Below are positions 1 through 8,833 of a stretch of DNA of 64,000 nucleotides, piece by piece. This DNA is from Phycisphaerae bacterium (GTDB lineage Bacteria > Planctomycetota > Phycisphaerae > UBA1845): the NCBI GenBank assembly GCA_963666835.2, contig CAXXGO010000006.1, positions 2,528,001 through 2,592,000 of the forward strand, given 5' to 3'. The stretch's first letter is position 1. Each line of letters opens with the position of its first letter. Below the pieces are notes generated by a model that worked only from the letters and a program-made list of their open reading frames with translations, searched no databases and was not told the DNA's origin. The position numbers and the translations under genes were made by a program.

Positions 1-259
1 GGTCCAGCTCGTTGCGCGACAGACGCAGTTGTCGCAGCAGCTTTGCGAGCGGAGTCTGCCGTTTCCCCGCGGGTACAAAGTTGGTCAAGGCGTGAAGCCC
101 GACATCGAACTCACGCCCGCCGCGCTTGTAGTAGGAGTTCAGGCCGCCGACGGCGTGATGTCGCTCGACCACGCAGACCCGGTAGTCGTAGTAGGCCAGC
201 CGGATGCCCGCAGCGAGCCCTGACATGCCCGCGCCGATAATGACCACGTCATAGTGCAT
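1..259 (-). CDS. FAD/NAD(P)-dependent oxidoreductase, phytoene desaturase family (5' part only, runs off the left edge)
   Basis: Not in the ORF track. Manual translation from ATG at 259 gives MHYDVVIIGAGMSGLAAGIRLAYYDYRVCVVERHHAVGGLNSYYKRGGREFDVGLHALTNFVPAGKRQTPLAKLLRQL, with the GxGxxG dinucleotide-binding motif and the E...GG...FDVG pattern of CrtI-like enzymes. Confidence 0.85.
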   Translation of the reverse strand, partial: MHYDVVIIGAGMSGLAAGIRLAYYDYRVCVVERHHAVGGLNSYYKRGGREFDVGLHALTNFVPAGKRQTPLAKLLRQLRLSRNELD

Positions 260-338
260 GCGTTTATGCAGGTCTGTCCCGCGGAGCTGCCCGATAGTCG
301 GGCGGCAGGACAAGGCACCAGACCCCGGCGATCATTGG

Positions 339-620
339 TCAGAGTGCGGCGACCGCCTGCAGTTTCGGAGTGAGGTACTCAACGCACCCGTCAAGCGTCG
401 CGAGCTGCGTGTAGTCTTCCTTAGGAACCTCGACTTTGTAGCGCTTACGTAGCTCCATGACAATATCGAGAAAATCCATGGAATCCATGTCGAGCTGATC
501 GCGCAAACGCACATCGCTCTTGACGCTGGAAAGATCGGCATCGGGCGCAACCAGCTCGATGATGTCCAGAACGATCTTCTTGACCTGCTCTACGGTACTG
601 TTCTTGAAACTTGCGTTCAT
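339..620 (-). CDS. Acyl carrier protein
   Basis: Small acidic protein with LDMDSMDF phosphopantetheine-attachment motif, directly downstream of the ketosynthase. Start set at ATG 620 (ORF track starts at 638). Confidence 0.9.
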   Translation of the reverse strand: MNASFKNSTVEQVKKIVLDIIELVAPDADLSSVKSDVRLRDQLDMDSMDFLDIVMELRKRYKVEVPKEDYTQLATLDGCVEYLTPKLQAVAAL

Positions 621-647
621 CTGTCTCACACGTAACAACGGCCAACG

Positions 648-1886
648 CTACACGGGGTATCGCCTGACTACCACGGCCGAGTTGGTCCCCAACATCCCGA
701 ACGAGTTGTTCAAGATGTGATCCACCCGGCCAACCTGTTTGGACTCATTCAGCACCAAATTCCGCATCGCACACTTGGGGTCGAGATTCGTGACGTTGAT
801 CGTCGGATGCACTACGCCGTCCTCGAACGAACCCAAGTTCCCCGCCAACTCCAGGGCACCGGCCGCGCCCATTGCGTGGCCGATGTAGCTTTTCGTGTTA
901 TTAATCGCAACCCCCGGGAAGTCCCCAAAAACCTCGCGGGTTGCTCGTACCTCTAACTCGTCACCGGTCTCGGTCGCCGTTGCGTGCGTGCTCACGATAC
1001 CGACGTCTTGCGGCTCGATCCCCGCCCGGGCAACGGCCAACTTCATACATTCGGCAATGCGCTCCGGGTCCGGCTGCACCGGATCGCGCGCATCCGAATT
1101 CATCGCATAGCCGATAATCTCGGCTATGATGGTCGCTCCGCGCCGCTTGGCATCCTTCAGCCTCTCAAGTACGTACAGGCACCCCCCTTCGGAGACCACG
1201 ATTCCGTTCCGGTTCTTGTCGAACGGGCGGGACGCTTTAATCGGGTCCTCATGCCGCGCGAGAGCGTTCTGGCTCGCGAAGCTGGCGAAGATCCCGAACG
1301 AGCCGATTGCCTCGGATACTCCGCCGGCCACGGCAAGGTCGACCTCGCCAAGCCGCAGCATCTGCACGCCCTGAATCAGCCCCGCGTTGCCCGCTGCACA
1401 AGCCGCGCCGATTGTATAGTGCGGGCCGCAAAAGCCCAAGTTCATCGTCACCTCCCCGGCGGGGTTGTTGGCCACCGTTCGGGGATTGTGGTGATGCGAC
1501 CAGTATTTGGTGTCATAGTCGTACTGGCGGATGACGTCAATCTCGTTCTCGGTTTCCACCGTGCCGTGCTCGGTGATGCCGATGAACGTGCCCACACGGG
1601 AGAGATCCACGCCGGCGACGTCTATTTTCGCTCGGTTCAAGGCCTCGTGGGCGCAGTAGATGGAAATCGCCCCGGCTCGGGTTCCGCGCCGCCGCTCCCG
1701 GCGCGGTTGGTACTTCGTCTCGTCGAAATGGCACACTCCGGCGTGCACCTGCCCCATAAAGCGGGTCTCGATGTTGGTTATGCCGGATACCCCGTTCAGC
1801 AGGTTCCGCCGAAACGCCTCAAGCGTGTCGCCGTTGGGGGACGTTAGCCCCACGCCAGTAATGACGATTCGCTCTGAGTTCGACAT
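648..1886 (-). CDS. fabF: Beta-ketoacyl-ACP synthase II (FabF/KS family)
   Basis: RIVITGVG start, catalytic Cys in AACAAG, His in HATAT and KSYIGHAMGAAG, NSFGMLGTN end; Cys-His-His triad intact. Confidence 0.9.
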   Translation of the reverse strand: MSNSERIVITGVGLTSPNGDTLEAFRRNLLNGVSGITNIETRFMGQVHAGVCHFDETKYQPRRERRRGTRAGAISIYCAHEALNRAKIDVAGVDLSRVGTFIGITEHGTVETENEIDVIRQYDYDTKYWSHHHNPRTVANNPAGEVTMNLGFCGPHYTIGAACAAGNAGLIQGVQMLRLGEVDLAVAGGVSEAIGSFGIFASFASQNALARHEDPIKASRPFDKNRNGIVVSEGGCLYVLERLKDAKRRGATIIAEIIGYAMNSDARDPVQPDPERIAECMKLAVARAGIEPQDVGIVSTHATATETGDELEVRATREVFGDFPGVAINNTKSYIGHAMGAAGALELAGNLGSFEDGVVHPTINVTNLDPKCAMRNLVLNESKQVGRVDHILNNSFGMLGTNSAVVVRRYPV

Positions 1887-2042
1887 TTACACCGTGCCTA
1901 GGGAAAACTCCACGCTCCGACGCGACTGCGCACCGTACCATGCTGTAAGGCGGTGGATGTTAGCAGATTCACTAGAAACATGAAACGGAGCAACTTCTCG
2001 GGGGGTTGGTCTTTCCAGTACGATTCTCCCGGGATCCGCCAG

Positions 2043-3032
2043 TCAATCACGTCTCAGCGAACGAATCAGCTTCGCCAAGCCCTCTGATGTCGAAACCCGT
2101 GGCTCATAACCGAAATCAGCCCTGGCCGCGGAAATATTAAAGTAGTGCGAATAGGCAAGCTGGGAGGCAAGGAATCGCGTCATGCGAGGTTCCCTTGATG
2201 GGCAAAATGCCCGGTGGATCAACTCAAACGCTGCTCCTAGGCGCCGGGCTGCGTTGTACGAAATCGTTCGTTCGACCGGCGGAATGCCCAGCTCCGCGAG
2301 GATGCCGTTTAGCCAGGGCCAGAGCTTCACCGGTTCGCCCTGGCTTATGAAGTAAGCCCGGCCCGCGCAAGCTGCTTTGGGGGTCAGAGCGTCCGCCGCC
2401 CGGAGGTGGGCCTCTGCGGCATTATCGATGAAGGTTATGTCGACCAGGTTCTCGCCGTCTCCGACGATTCTAAGTTGGCCCCGGCGGGCGCGATCGATCA
2501 CCCGCGGGATCAAATGAGGGTCGCCGGGACCCCAGATCAGGTGCGGACGAAGGGCGATTGTGCTCAGCGCGGCACTGTTGGCGGCCAGGACCATCCGCTC
2601 GGCCGCAGCTTTCGTTTCCGGATAGTCGGCCAGGTACTGTTGCGGGTAAGGCTGCGACTCGTCCACGCCGCAGAGGGGGCTTTCTCCGAACACGACACTG
2701 GGAGTACTCGTGTGGACTAGCCGGGATACTCCGGCGTTCTTGCACGCATCAATGACGTTTCGCGTGCCGACGACGTTGATGTCTTGGAATATCTTGCGCC
2801 GGCCCCAGATTCCGGGTATGGCGGCCACATGGAAGACCGTTTCCATTCCTTCGCAGGCCTGACGGATTGCCGTGGACTCCCGAATATCGGTTTGGATTGT
2901 CCGTATCCCGGCCTGCTCGTGATGGGGGTACGCCCGTCTCCCCAGCACGGTGACCTCGTCGCCCCGTTCTTTGAGCAGTTGGGCGATACGGCTGCCGAGA
3001 AAACCACCTCCGCCGGTGATCAGGGCCTTCAT
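2043..3032 (-). CDS. oleD: OleD-like NAD(P)-dependent 2-alkyl-3-oxoalkanoate reductase (3-beta-HSD / extended SDR family)
   Basis: TGGGGFLG, HTSTPSVVF, YPETK (YxxxK), RPHLIWGPGD. ATG at 3032 overlaps the oleC stop (ATGA). Confidence 0.85.
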   Translation of the reverse strand: MKALITGGGGFLGSRIAQLLKERGDEVTVLGRRAYPHHEQAGIRTIQTDIRESTAIRQACEGMETVFHVAAIPGIWGRRKIFQDINVVGTRNVIDACKNAGVSRLVHTSTPSVVFGESPLCGVDESQPYPQQYLADYPETKAAAERMVLAANSAALSTIALRPHLIWGPGDPHLIPRVIDRARRGQLRIVGDGENLVDITFIDNAAEAHLRAADALTPKAACAGRAYFISQGEPVKLWPWLNGILAELGIPPVERTISYNAARRLGAAFELIHRAFCPSREPRMTRFLASQLAYSHYFNISAARADFGYEPRVSTSEGLAKLIRSLRRD

Positions 3033-4720
3033 GGGGCTTGCCTCTCTGCCCAATCCGCAAGTTGCTCGCGGTTGATCTTCGTGTTGTGACGGATGTCCAC
3101 GGGAAGCGAGCGGTGCAAGAGCACTCGGGTGATACTACGCGTCAACTCGTTTCCGCGGGCCAGCTCCAGGAGTTCCTCTTGCAGCTTCCGTCCTCGGCCT
3201 CCCTTGAGATCAGTGGGCGATTTGGGTTCCACCACGATGACCGGGCTCTGTGCTCCGGGCGGTCCGACCCCTACCAGGGCTGATCGGGAAACCTGACGAT
3301 GTTCGTTGAAGATTGCCTCACACGGTACCGTGAACATCGGGCCGTGTGACGTTTGTACTCGATGCCCCTTCCGGCCGCAGAACCAGATTCGCCCCTGTTT
3401 GTCGCGATAACCTAAGTCCCCGATCCGGTGCCAGATTCGTTCGCCGTCGCGGATCTTGGCCAGGGCGGTGGCATTCGGAAGCCCAAAGTACTCTTTGGTT
3501 ACCACGGGGCCTGACACTACGATCTCGCCGATCTCGCCGTCGGGAACAAGTAGGTTACTAGACCATTCGGCGATCGGCTGGTCGGTTACGGTGATCACTC
3601 GCAGGTCGATCTCCGGCATCGTGGTTCCCACACAGGTTCCGGCTCCCGTCCGGGTCTTATCGGTGCAGCCTCCCAGGACCTCTCGACCGCTGATCGACGA
3701 CACTGGGAGGGATTCGGTTGCTCCGTAGGGGGTGTGAACGTCTGCCTCGTCGCGGAGCATGTCGTGAAGCTGCCTGATGACGGGGTACGGCACGGGGGCT
3801 CCGGCAATCAGAATCCGGCGCAGGCTCGGTAGTCTTACGTTGTGATCCGTCCCATAGGCTGCCACCCTCCTCCAAAGTGCAGGGGATCCGAACGTGTTCG
3901 TCACCCGGTGGTCCAGGATCGGCCCGATGATCTTGGCAGGATCAACCTTAGCCGGATGGGCGGGGTCCATGTCCGGGATCACGGTCGTCATGCCCATTGC
4001 GATGCTAAAGAGCCCGAAAAGCGGGAAGGTCGGCAGGTCGGTCTCTCCCGGCTCAATGCCGTAACGCTGCTGAATCTGCCGGACCTGTGCTCCGAACATG
4101 CCGTGCTCGTATACCACACCCTTCGCCGGGCCGGTGCTTCCTGAGGTGAACAGGATCGCGGCCGTCTCATCAGCCGCCGTATCGACCGTGGCGAAATCCG
4201 GGGCGGCGGTCCGAGCGAGTCCTGTCAGAGTCGGACCACCCCAAAACCAGCGACGCCCGACCGTGATTACGCAGCGGACCGATCGAAAGGGACCGGGTCG
4301 AAGCACCCGCATGGCGTGGGCCAAGGGTATCCCGATGAAGCCGTGAAGATCCACCCCGCGGATACACTCCATCATCCGCCCGATGCCCATGCCCGGGTCA
4401 ATCAGCACCGGGACGGCACCCATCTTGAACAGCGCGAAGATCAGCCCCATGAAGTCGATCCCCGGCCGGACCATAACCAGAACCCGCATTCCGCGAGCCA
4501 GCCCGGCCGCGATCATTCCGTTGGCGAACCGGTTCGAGAGAGCCTCGAGTTCGGCGAACGTGATCGACCGGTAGACCGCGCGGCCGTTACCTTCGTACGA
4601 CGACGTCACGACTACGGCGGGGTGATCCGGGACCTTCCGCGCCATTTGAGGAAGGTGCGACGCGATGTTAAACCGCTCCGGCGAATCGTGGGTGCTCGAA
4701 TGATCGGGTGCCGTGGTCAA
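3029..4720 (-). CDS. oleC: OleC-like AMP-dependent ligase / beta-lactone synthetase
   Basis: LIDPGMG, FTSGSTGPAKG, PYGATESLP, WHRIGDLG, WFCGRKGHRV and PVDIRHNTKINRE are characteristic OleC motifs; adjacent to oleD. Confidence 0.88.
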   Translation of the reverse strand: MTTAPDHSSTHDSPERFNIASHLPQMARKVPDHPAVVVTSSYEGNGRAVYRSITFAELEALSNRFANGMIAAGLARGMRVLVMVRPGIDFMGLIFALFKMGAVPVLIDPGMGIGRMMECIRGVDLHGFIGIPLAHAMRVLRPGPFRSVRCVITVGRRWFWGGPTLTGLARTAAPDFATVDTAADETAAILFTSGSTGPAKGVVYEHGMFGAQVRQIQQRYGIEPGETDLPTFPLFGLFSIAMGMTTVIPDMDPAHPAKVDPAKIIGPILDHRVTNTFGSPALWRRVAAYGTDHNVRLPSLRRILIAGAPVPYPVIRQLHDMLRDEADVHTPYGATESLPVSSISGREVLGGCTDKTRTGAGTCVGTTMPEIDLRVITVTDQPIAEWSSNLLVPDGEIGEIVVSGPVVTKEYFGLPNATALAKIRDGERIWHRIGDLGYRDKQGRIWFCGRKGHRVQTSHGPMFTVPCEAIFNEHRQVSRSALVGVGPPGAQSPVIVVEPKSPTDLKGGRGRKLQEELLELARGNELTRSITRVLLHRSLPVDIRHNTKINREQLADWAERQAP

Positions 4721-4962
4721 TGCGAATCCTCAACGGATGCTCTTCACAGGCGCGTCGTTGGCCGGTACGTTCACTATACTGACCCGCCAGGAGGGTGTCG
4801 ACGTTTCGTGGGATGGTCCCCGGTGTCCGACGTAACCCTGTGAGAACATGGGCGATGCGGGATCGGGTGTTGCCACTGCTTCTGAGCAGTGCAGGGACGG
4901 GGCAGGGTGTGGATTGGCCCCGGGCCTTTACGTGTGGCGATGTACGAGTGCTTGCGCTTATC

Positions 4963-6423
4963 ATGGCTAGATGTTCTTCTCGTTTGCGAATCGTCTTCTT
5001 CGGTTCTGGAATCCTGTGTTTGGCGGTTGTACGCCCGGCGCTGGGGCAGCAGAGTCTTGCGGCGCAACTTAGGGCCACGCTGGCCTCGCCGCCGCACGGG
5101 CAGACCGTTGCTGGGGTGTGTGTGGTTGATCTGGACACCGGCGGCAGCGTCTTCGAGCGAAACGCGGACCGGCCGATGGTCCCGGCCAGCAACATGAAGG
5201 TGTTCGTGATGGTCGCCGCTCTGACGGAGCTGGGTCCCGGTTTTGCTTTCGATACCGTCTTCGCGACCGATCGCACCCACATCTACTTGATCGGTGACGG
5301 CGATCCTTCTCTGGGGGACGAGAAGCTCTGCCAAGGTCGAGGAGAGCCTCCGACAGCCTTATTCGAGCGTTGGGCGGATGCGCTTCGTGCCGAGGGCATG
5401 CCGGAGGTGCCCGGTGATCTCGTTTTCGATGAATCCGTGTTCGATGACCAGTACGTCAACGCGACGTGGGAGGAAGTCGATCTCGACAACTGGTTTGCCG
5501 CACCGGTAGGGGGGCTCAACTTCAACGACAATTGCGTGGACATAACGGTGACTCCGCCGAGCCGTTTGGGGGCTCTGGTGTCGGTTGCGATTCGGCCGGA
5601 GTGCTCGATAGTCAAAGTCGTCAATGAGTGTCGGGCAGGAAGATCGGGTACGCCGGTTCTGCGCCACCGGCACGATTCCTTCGAATACCGCATAAGCGAG
5701 CGTTGTCCGAAGCGTTGGACGTTCGGGCCCGTCTCGTTCCCGGATCCGGGTTTGCTCACGGCCGACGCCTTCCGCACGACGCTGCGCAGGAAAGGGATCG
5801 CCTGTCACGGTACGCTGAAACGTCAGCGCGTTCGTCGAGCCGACGGCAGTATTCCCGCCACGTTGACGGTGCTCGATCACCATCGCACGCCCATTGCAGA
5901 AGTGTTGCGTCGAACGGGGAAGGACAGCCAAAACGTCTTTGCGGAGGCTCTGCTCAAACGGACCGGGTACGCCTGGGCTCAGCGACGCGGACTCCCGGTG
6001 CCGCAAGGAAGTTGGGCGATGGGGAGCCGGGCGATCCTCGACGTGATGGAAGTTGCCGGGGTGAACGTGGAGGGCCTGGCGATTGCCGACGGGTCGGGGC
6101 TCAGCCGGGCGAATCGTTGCACCGCGCGGCAGTTGACCAGCACGTTGTCGTGGATGGCTACGCAACCCGGAGCGCGGCTGTTTCTTGAGAGCCTCTCTAT
6201 TGCCGGGGTTGACGGCTCCTTGCGAAAGCGGCTGAAAGACGTTCCGGACCGGGTCTTCGGCAAGACGGGTACGATGCGCGGAATCCGCACGTTAAGCGGG
6301 TACGTCGAATCCACCAGCGGTCGCCGGTTCGCCTTCGCCGTGCTGTTCAATGGCTACCCCGGTCCGAGCACCCCATACCGCGAGATCCAAGACCGCATCT
6401 GCCGTATCCTGATCGGCGCGTGA
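4963..6423 (+). CDS. dacB: D-alanyl-D-alanine carboxypeptidase/endopeptidase (PBP4, peptidase S13)
   Basis: SxxK (PASNMK), SxN (SQN), DGSGLSRAN, KTG motifs. Signal-peptide-like N-terminus from ATG 4963. Confidence 0.92.
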   Translation: MARCSSRLRIVFFGSGILCLAVVRPALGQQSLAAQLRATLASPPHGQTVAGVCVVDLDTGGSVFERNADRPMVPASNMKVFVMVAALTELGPGFAFDTVFATDRTHIYLIGDGDPSLGDEKLCQGRGEPPTALFERWADALRAEGMPEVPGDLVFDESVFDDQYVNATWEEVDLDNWFAAPVGGLNFNDNCVDITVTPPSRLGALVSVAIRPECSIVKVVNECRAGRSGTPVLRHRHDSFEYRISERCPKRWTFGPVSFPDPGLLTADAFRTTLRRKGIACHGTLKRQRVRRADGSIPATLTVLDHHRTPIAEVLRRTGKDSQNVFAEALLKRTGYAWAQRRGLPVPQGSWAMGSRAILDVMEVAGVNVEGLAIADGSGLSRANRCTARQLTSTLSWMATQPGARLFLESLSIAGVDGSLRKRLKDVPDRVFGKTGTMRGIRTLSGYVESTSGRRFAFAVLFNGYPGPSTPYREIQDRICRILIGA

Positions 6424-6500
6424 GGGACGCGGCGTGTACCGGTAGACCGGCTTTCTCCTGCATGTGACATAGAGGCGTCACACGCGGGATAGCCGAGCCG

Positions 6501-7073
6501 TTACTTCTTTCGAGTATACGTTGCGGTCATCTCGAGTTTCTTGATAGTGTGCAGCCGGTTGCGCCATTCCGTCATGGTCCACTCGAGCGTATCGTTGTCC
6601 TTGACCTTCATGACGTACCGACCGTAGCTGGTGGTGCCGTCGAGGCCGACGCTCTTATATGGCATGGTCCAAGTCTTGGAGTCAGCGCAGTACTTGGCGG
6701 AACCCTCCTGAGGGAAGCCCCAGTTGTTGAACATCCACCAGATGTACTTCTCTTTCTTGGGATGCCAGCTCCAGACCCCGGCGGCCTCGAACTCGGCGTG
6801 GGCGCACTTCGCCGACATTGTCCCGTGCAGGCAGCGGTTGTCCAAAGTCCAATTCCACTTGGCCGTGCCGGTCCAGGATTTGTCCTCCGCGGCGGCGTTA
6901 ACAACCTCGGCCTTCCAATCCCATTCCCCAACGAACACGTCGTAAGCGCTGAGCTCCGCGGCCCGGTCGGGACGCTCGATGGTCGAGAAGTCTACGTTCC
7001 TGGCGGTACATCCCGGCAACGCCAGCGCGGCGAGAAGCACAATCGTAACAGCAGCCAGTTTGGTCGTTTTCAT
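6501..7073 (-). CDS. DUF1579-like lipoprotein
   Basis: Lipobox LPGC after a hydrophobic stretch; FVGEW... beta-rich body. GGAGG RBS upstream of ATG 7073. Confidence 0.65.
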   Translation of the reverse strand: MKTTKLAAVTIVLLAALALPGCTARNVDFSTIERPDRAAELSAYDVFVGEWDWKAEVVNAAAEDKSWTGTAKWNWTLDNRCLHGTMSAKCAHAEFEAAGVWSWHPKKEKYIWWMFNNWGFPQEGSAKYCADSKTWTMPYKSVGLDGTTSYGRYVMKVKDNDTLEWTMTEWRNRLHTIKKLEMTATYTRKK

Positions 7074-7358
7074 CGAACTACCTCCGATCGATGTAGACAC
7101 TGTCCAATTCCGATTCCGTTGGCTCCATAGCATACGCGGCGCTGTGCGGCCGTGCCAGTGTCCGGAATCGAATACGGTACGCGGGACGTCTTCGCTTTCG
7201 ACGGACCTTACGCTCGGGCGCGGCTTGCCTGCGTACGGCTAAGAGGTTGCCGCGTGAATATGGGCGGGTCACTTGCGGGGGGATGGGAGATATGGCGGCT
7301 CTGCTCGCGCGTAGATACAATCGTCTGGAAGATCACCAGATACTCGAGGGCCGGAATA

Positions 7359-8333
7359 ATGGCAGAAGTGCACGAGGATGCGGTGGCGCTAACCGCGTGT
7401 GGGTGGGTCACTCCGTTTGCGGTGGGGGGCATTACTGAGGTGCTGTCTGCCGGACCCAGCGCTGAACTGCAGAAGGACGAGAACGGGACATACTCGGCTG
7501 TCAGTGGTTTGGATGACACCGTTTCGGGTCTTTCGACGGAGGTGAAGCGGGACCACGGGGCGCTAATGGCTGCGGTCGCGCTGGAGTTAGCCCGCCGTGG
7601 CGCCAAACTGACCGCCGAAGACTACTCGGCAGAGCGAACCGGCCTGGTGTTGGGTGTCGCGCTGGCGGGGCAGATGGGCATGATTAAGTTCGCCGAAGAG
7701 GTGCGTCAGCAGACGGCTCGCTTCGTGACGCCGATCCACTTCCCGCAGACTGTCGGCAACTACATCTCCGGAGCTCTGGCACGCGCCTACGGGATTCGCG
7801 GTCCCAACTCGACGATTGCCGGGGGTGTTGCTTCGGGGCTGGATGCCATCAAAGAGGCGGCGAGGTTGCTGGCCGATGGCGAAGCCGACGTCGTGTTGGC
7901 CGGTGGAGTCGAGCAGCTTTCGGAGGAGTTGGCTGCCGGGCTGGCCCAGCCTGGTACGCGGCTGAGCGAAGGGGTCTGCCTCTTCGTTTTGGAGCGTACT
8001 CGCCATGTGCAAAACAGGGGCGGAACGATTTTGGCTACATTGGCCGGGGATGAAGACGCGGACAAGGCTGTCATCCATGCGACTGCGGGGTTCGTTGAAG
8101 ATGGGGCGATAGCGATCGGGCAGTGGGTCGGTGACTGCCTGGGAGCCCTCAGTGCCGCTGCGGTGGCGGCGTCGATTGGCGCCGCGGAAGGGGCTCGAGT
8201 CCCGTTTGCGAAGTCAGCGGGGGCATTCGAAGTCAAGGCGGTAACCGGTGACGACGGCGCCGTTGCGACTCCGGGTGTCGTCTCGGCGAACGGCCTCGGC
8301 GATTCGCGCTCAAGTCTCTTTCTCGTAATCTGA
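7359..8333 (+). CDS. Beta-ketoacyl synthase N-terminal-domain protein, catalytically inactive (chain-length-factor-like)
   Basis: ALTACGWVTPF, RTGLVLG, FPQTVGN...YGIRGPNSTI, LAGGVE, LSEG...FVLE. The Cys position reads GGVASG, and the C-terminal His motifs are not recognisable. Confidence 0.75.
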   Translation: MAEVHEDAVALTACGWVTPFAVGGITEVLSAGPSAELQKDENGTYSAVSGLDDTVSGLSTEVKRDHGALMAAVALELARRGAKLTAEDYSAERTGLVLGVALAGQMGMIKFAEEVRQQTARFVTPIHFPQTVGNYISGALARAYGIRGPNSTIAGGVASGLDAIKEAARLLADGEADVVLAGGVEQLSEELAAGLAQPGTRLSEGVCLFVLERTRHVQNRGGTILATLAGDEDADKAVIHATAGFVEDGAIAIGQWVGDCLGALSAAAVAASIGAAEGARVPFAKSAGAFEVKAVTGDDGAVATPGVVSANGLGDSRSSLFLVI

Positions 8334-8468
8334 GCAGGCGATCTGGTTGGTCCAGACCTTATCTGCCGGTTTTGGGCGGGCGGCGCCACGAAGGCGACAC
8401 TCGCCGATACGAAGGCTGCACGAAAGCCGCCTAGACTGATGCCGGCCGGAGTAATGCGGACTTTTTTC

Positions 8469-8496
8469 TTGGAATCCGGCCGGAATCATGTATACT
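8469..8496 (+). promoter_or_regulatory. Putative sigma70-type promoter for the large secreted protein
   Basis: TTGGAA-N16-TATACT, preceded by a T tract. Confidence 0.35.
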
Positions 8497-8833
8497 TCTT
8501 AGTCCAATAAGCAGTGCGGGGCCGTTTTGCAGATCATGATGGCTTCGGACGGGCAATTCGTGCGGAGCGGCAGGACGGCGGGTCCGTCGGTCGCGCGGTG
8601 CAGTTGTTGCAGATGGTGCGATTCTACCAACTCACGAAGGGGTCTTGCTTGGAATCGGTTCGTTTAGCGGGCCGGCCGGGTGGTGCCGGCCAGCCGTAGG
8701 TTGTAGCGAACATATAGGTCAATCGCGGGCGTCGGCGTCTTACGGAGGGGGGAGACGCCGGCAACCGGCGACCAGCGTGGGAATCGGGCAAGCCACGCCA
8801 ACTCAAAAGACCGGTCAGGTCAAGGAGAGAGTC

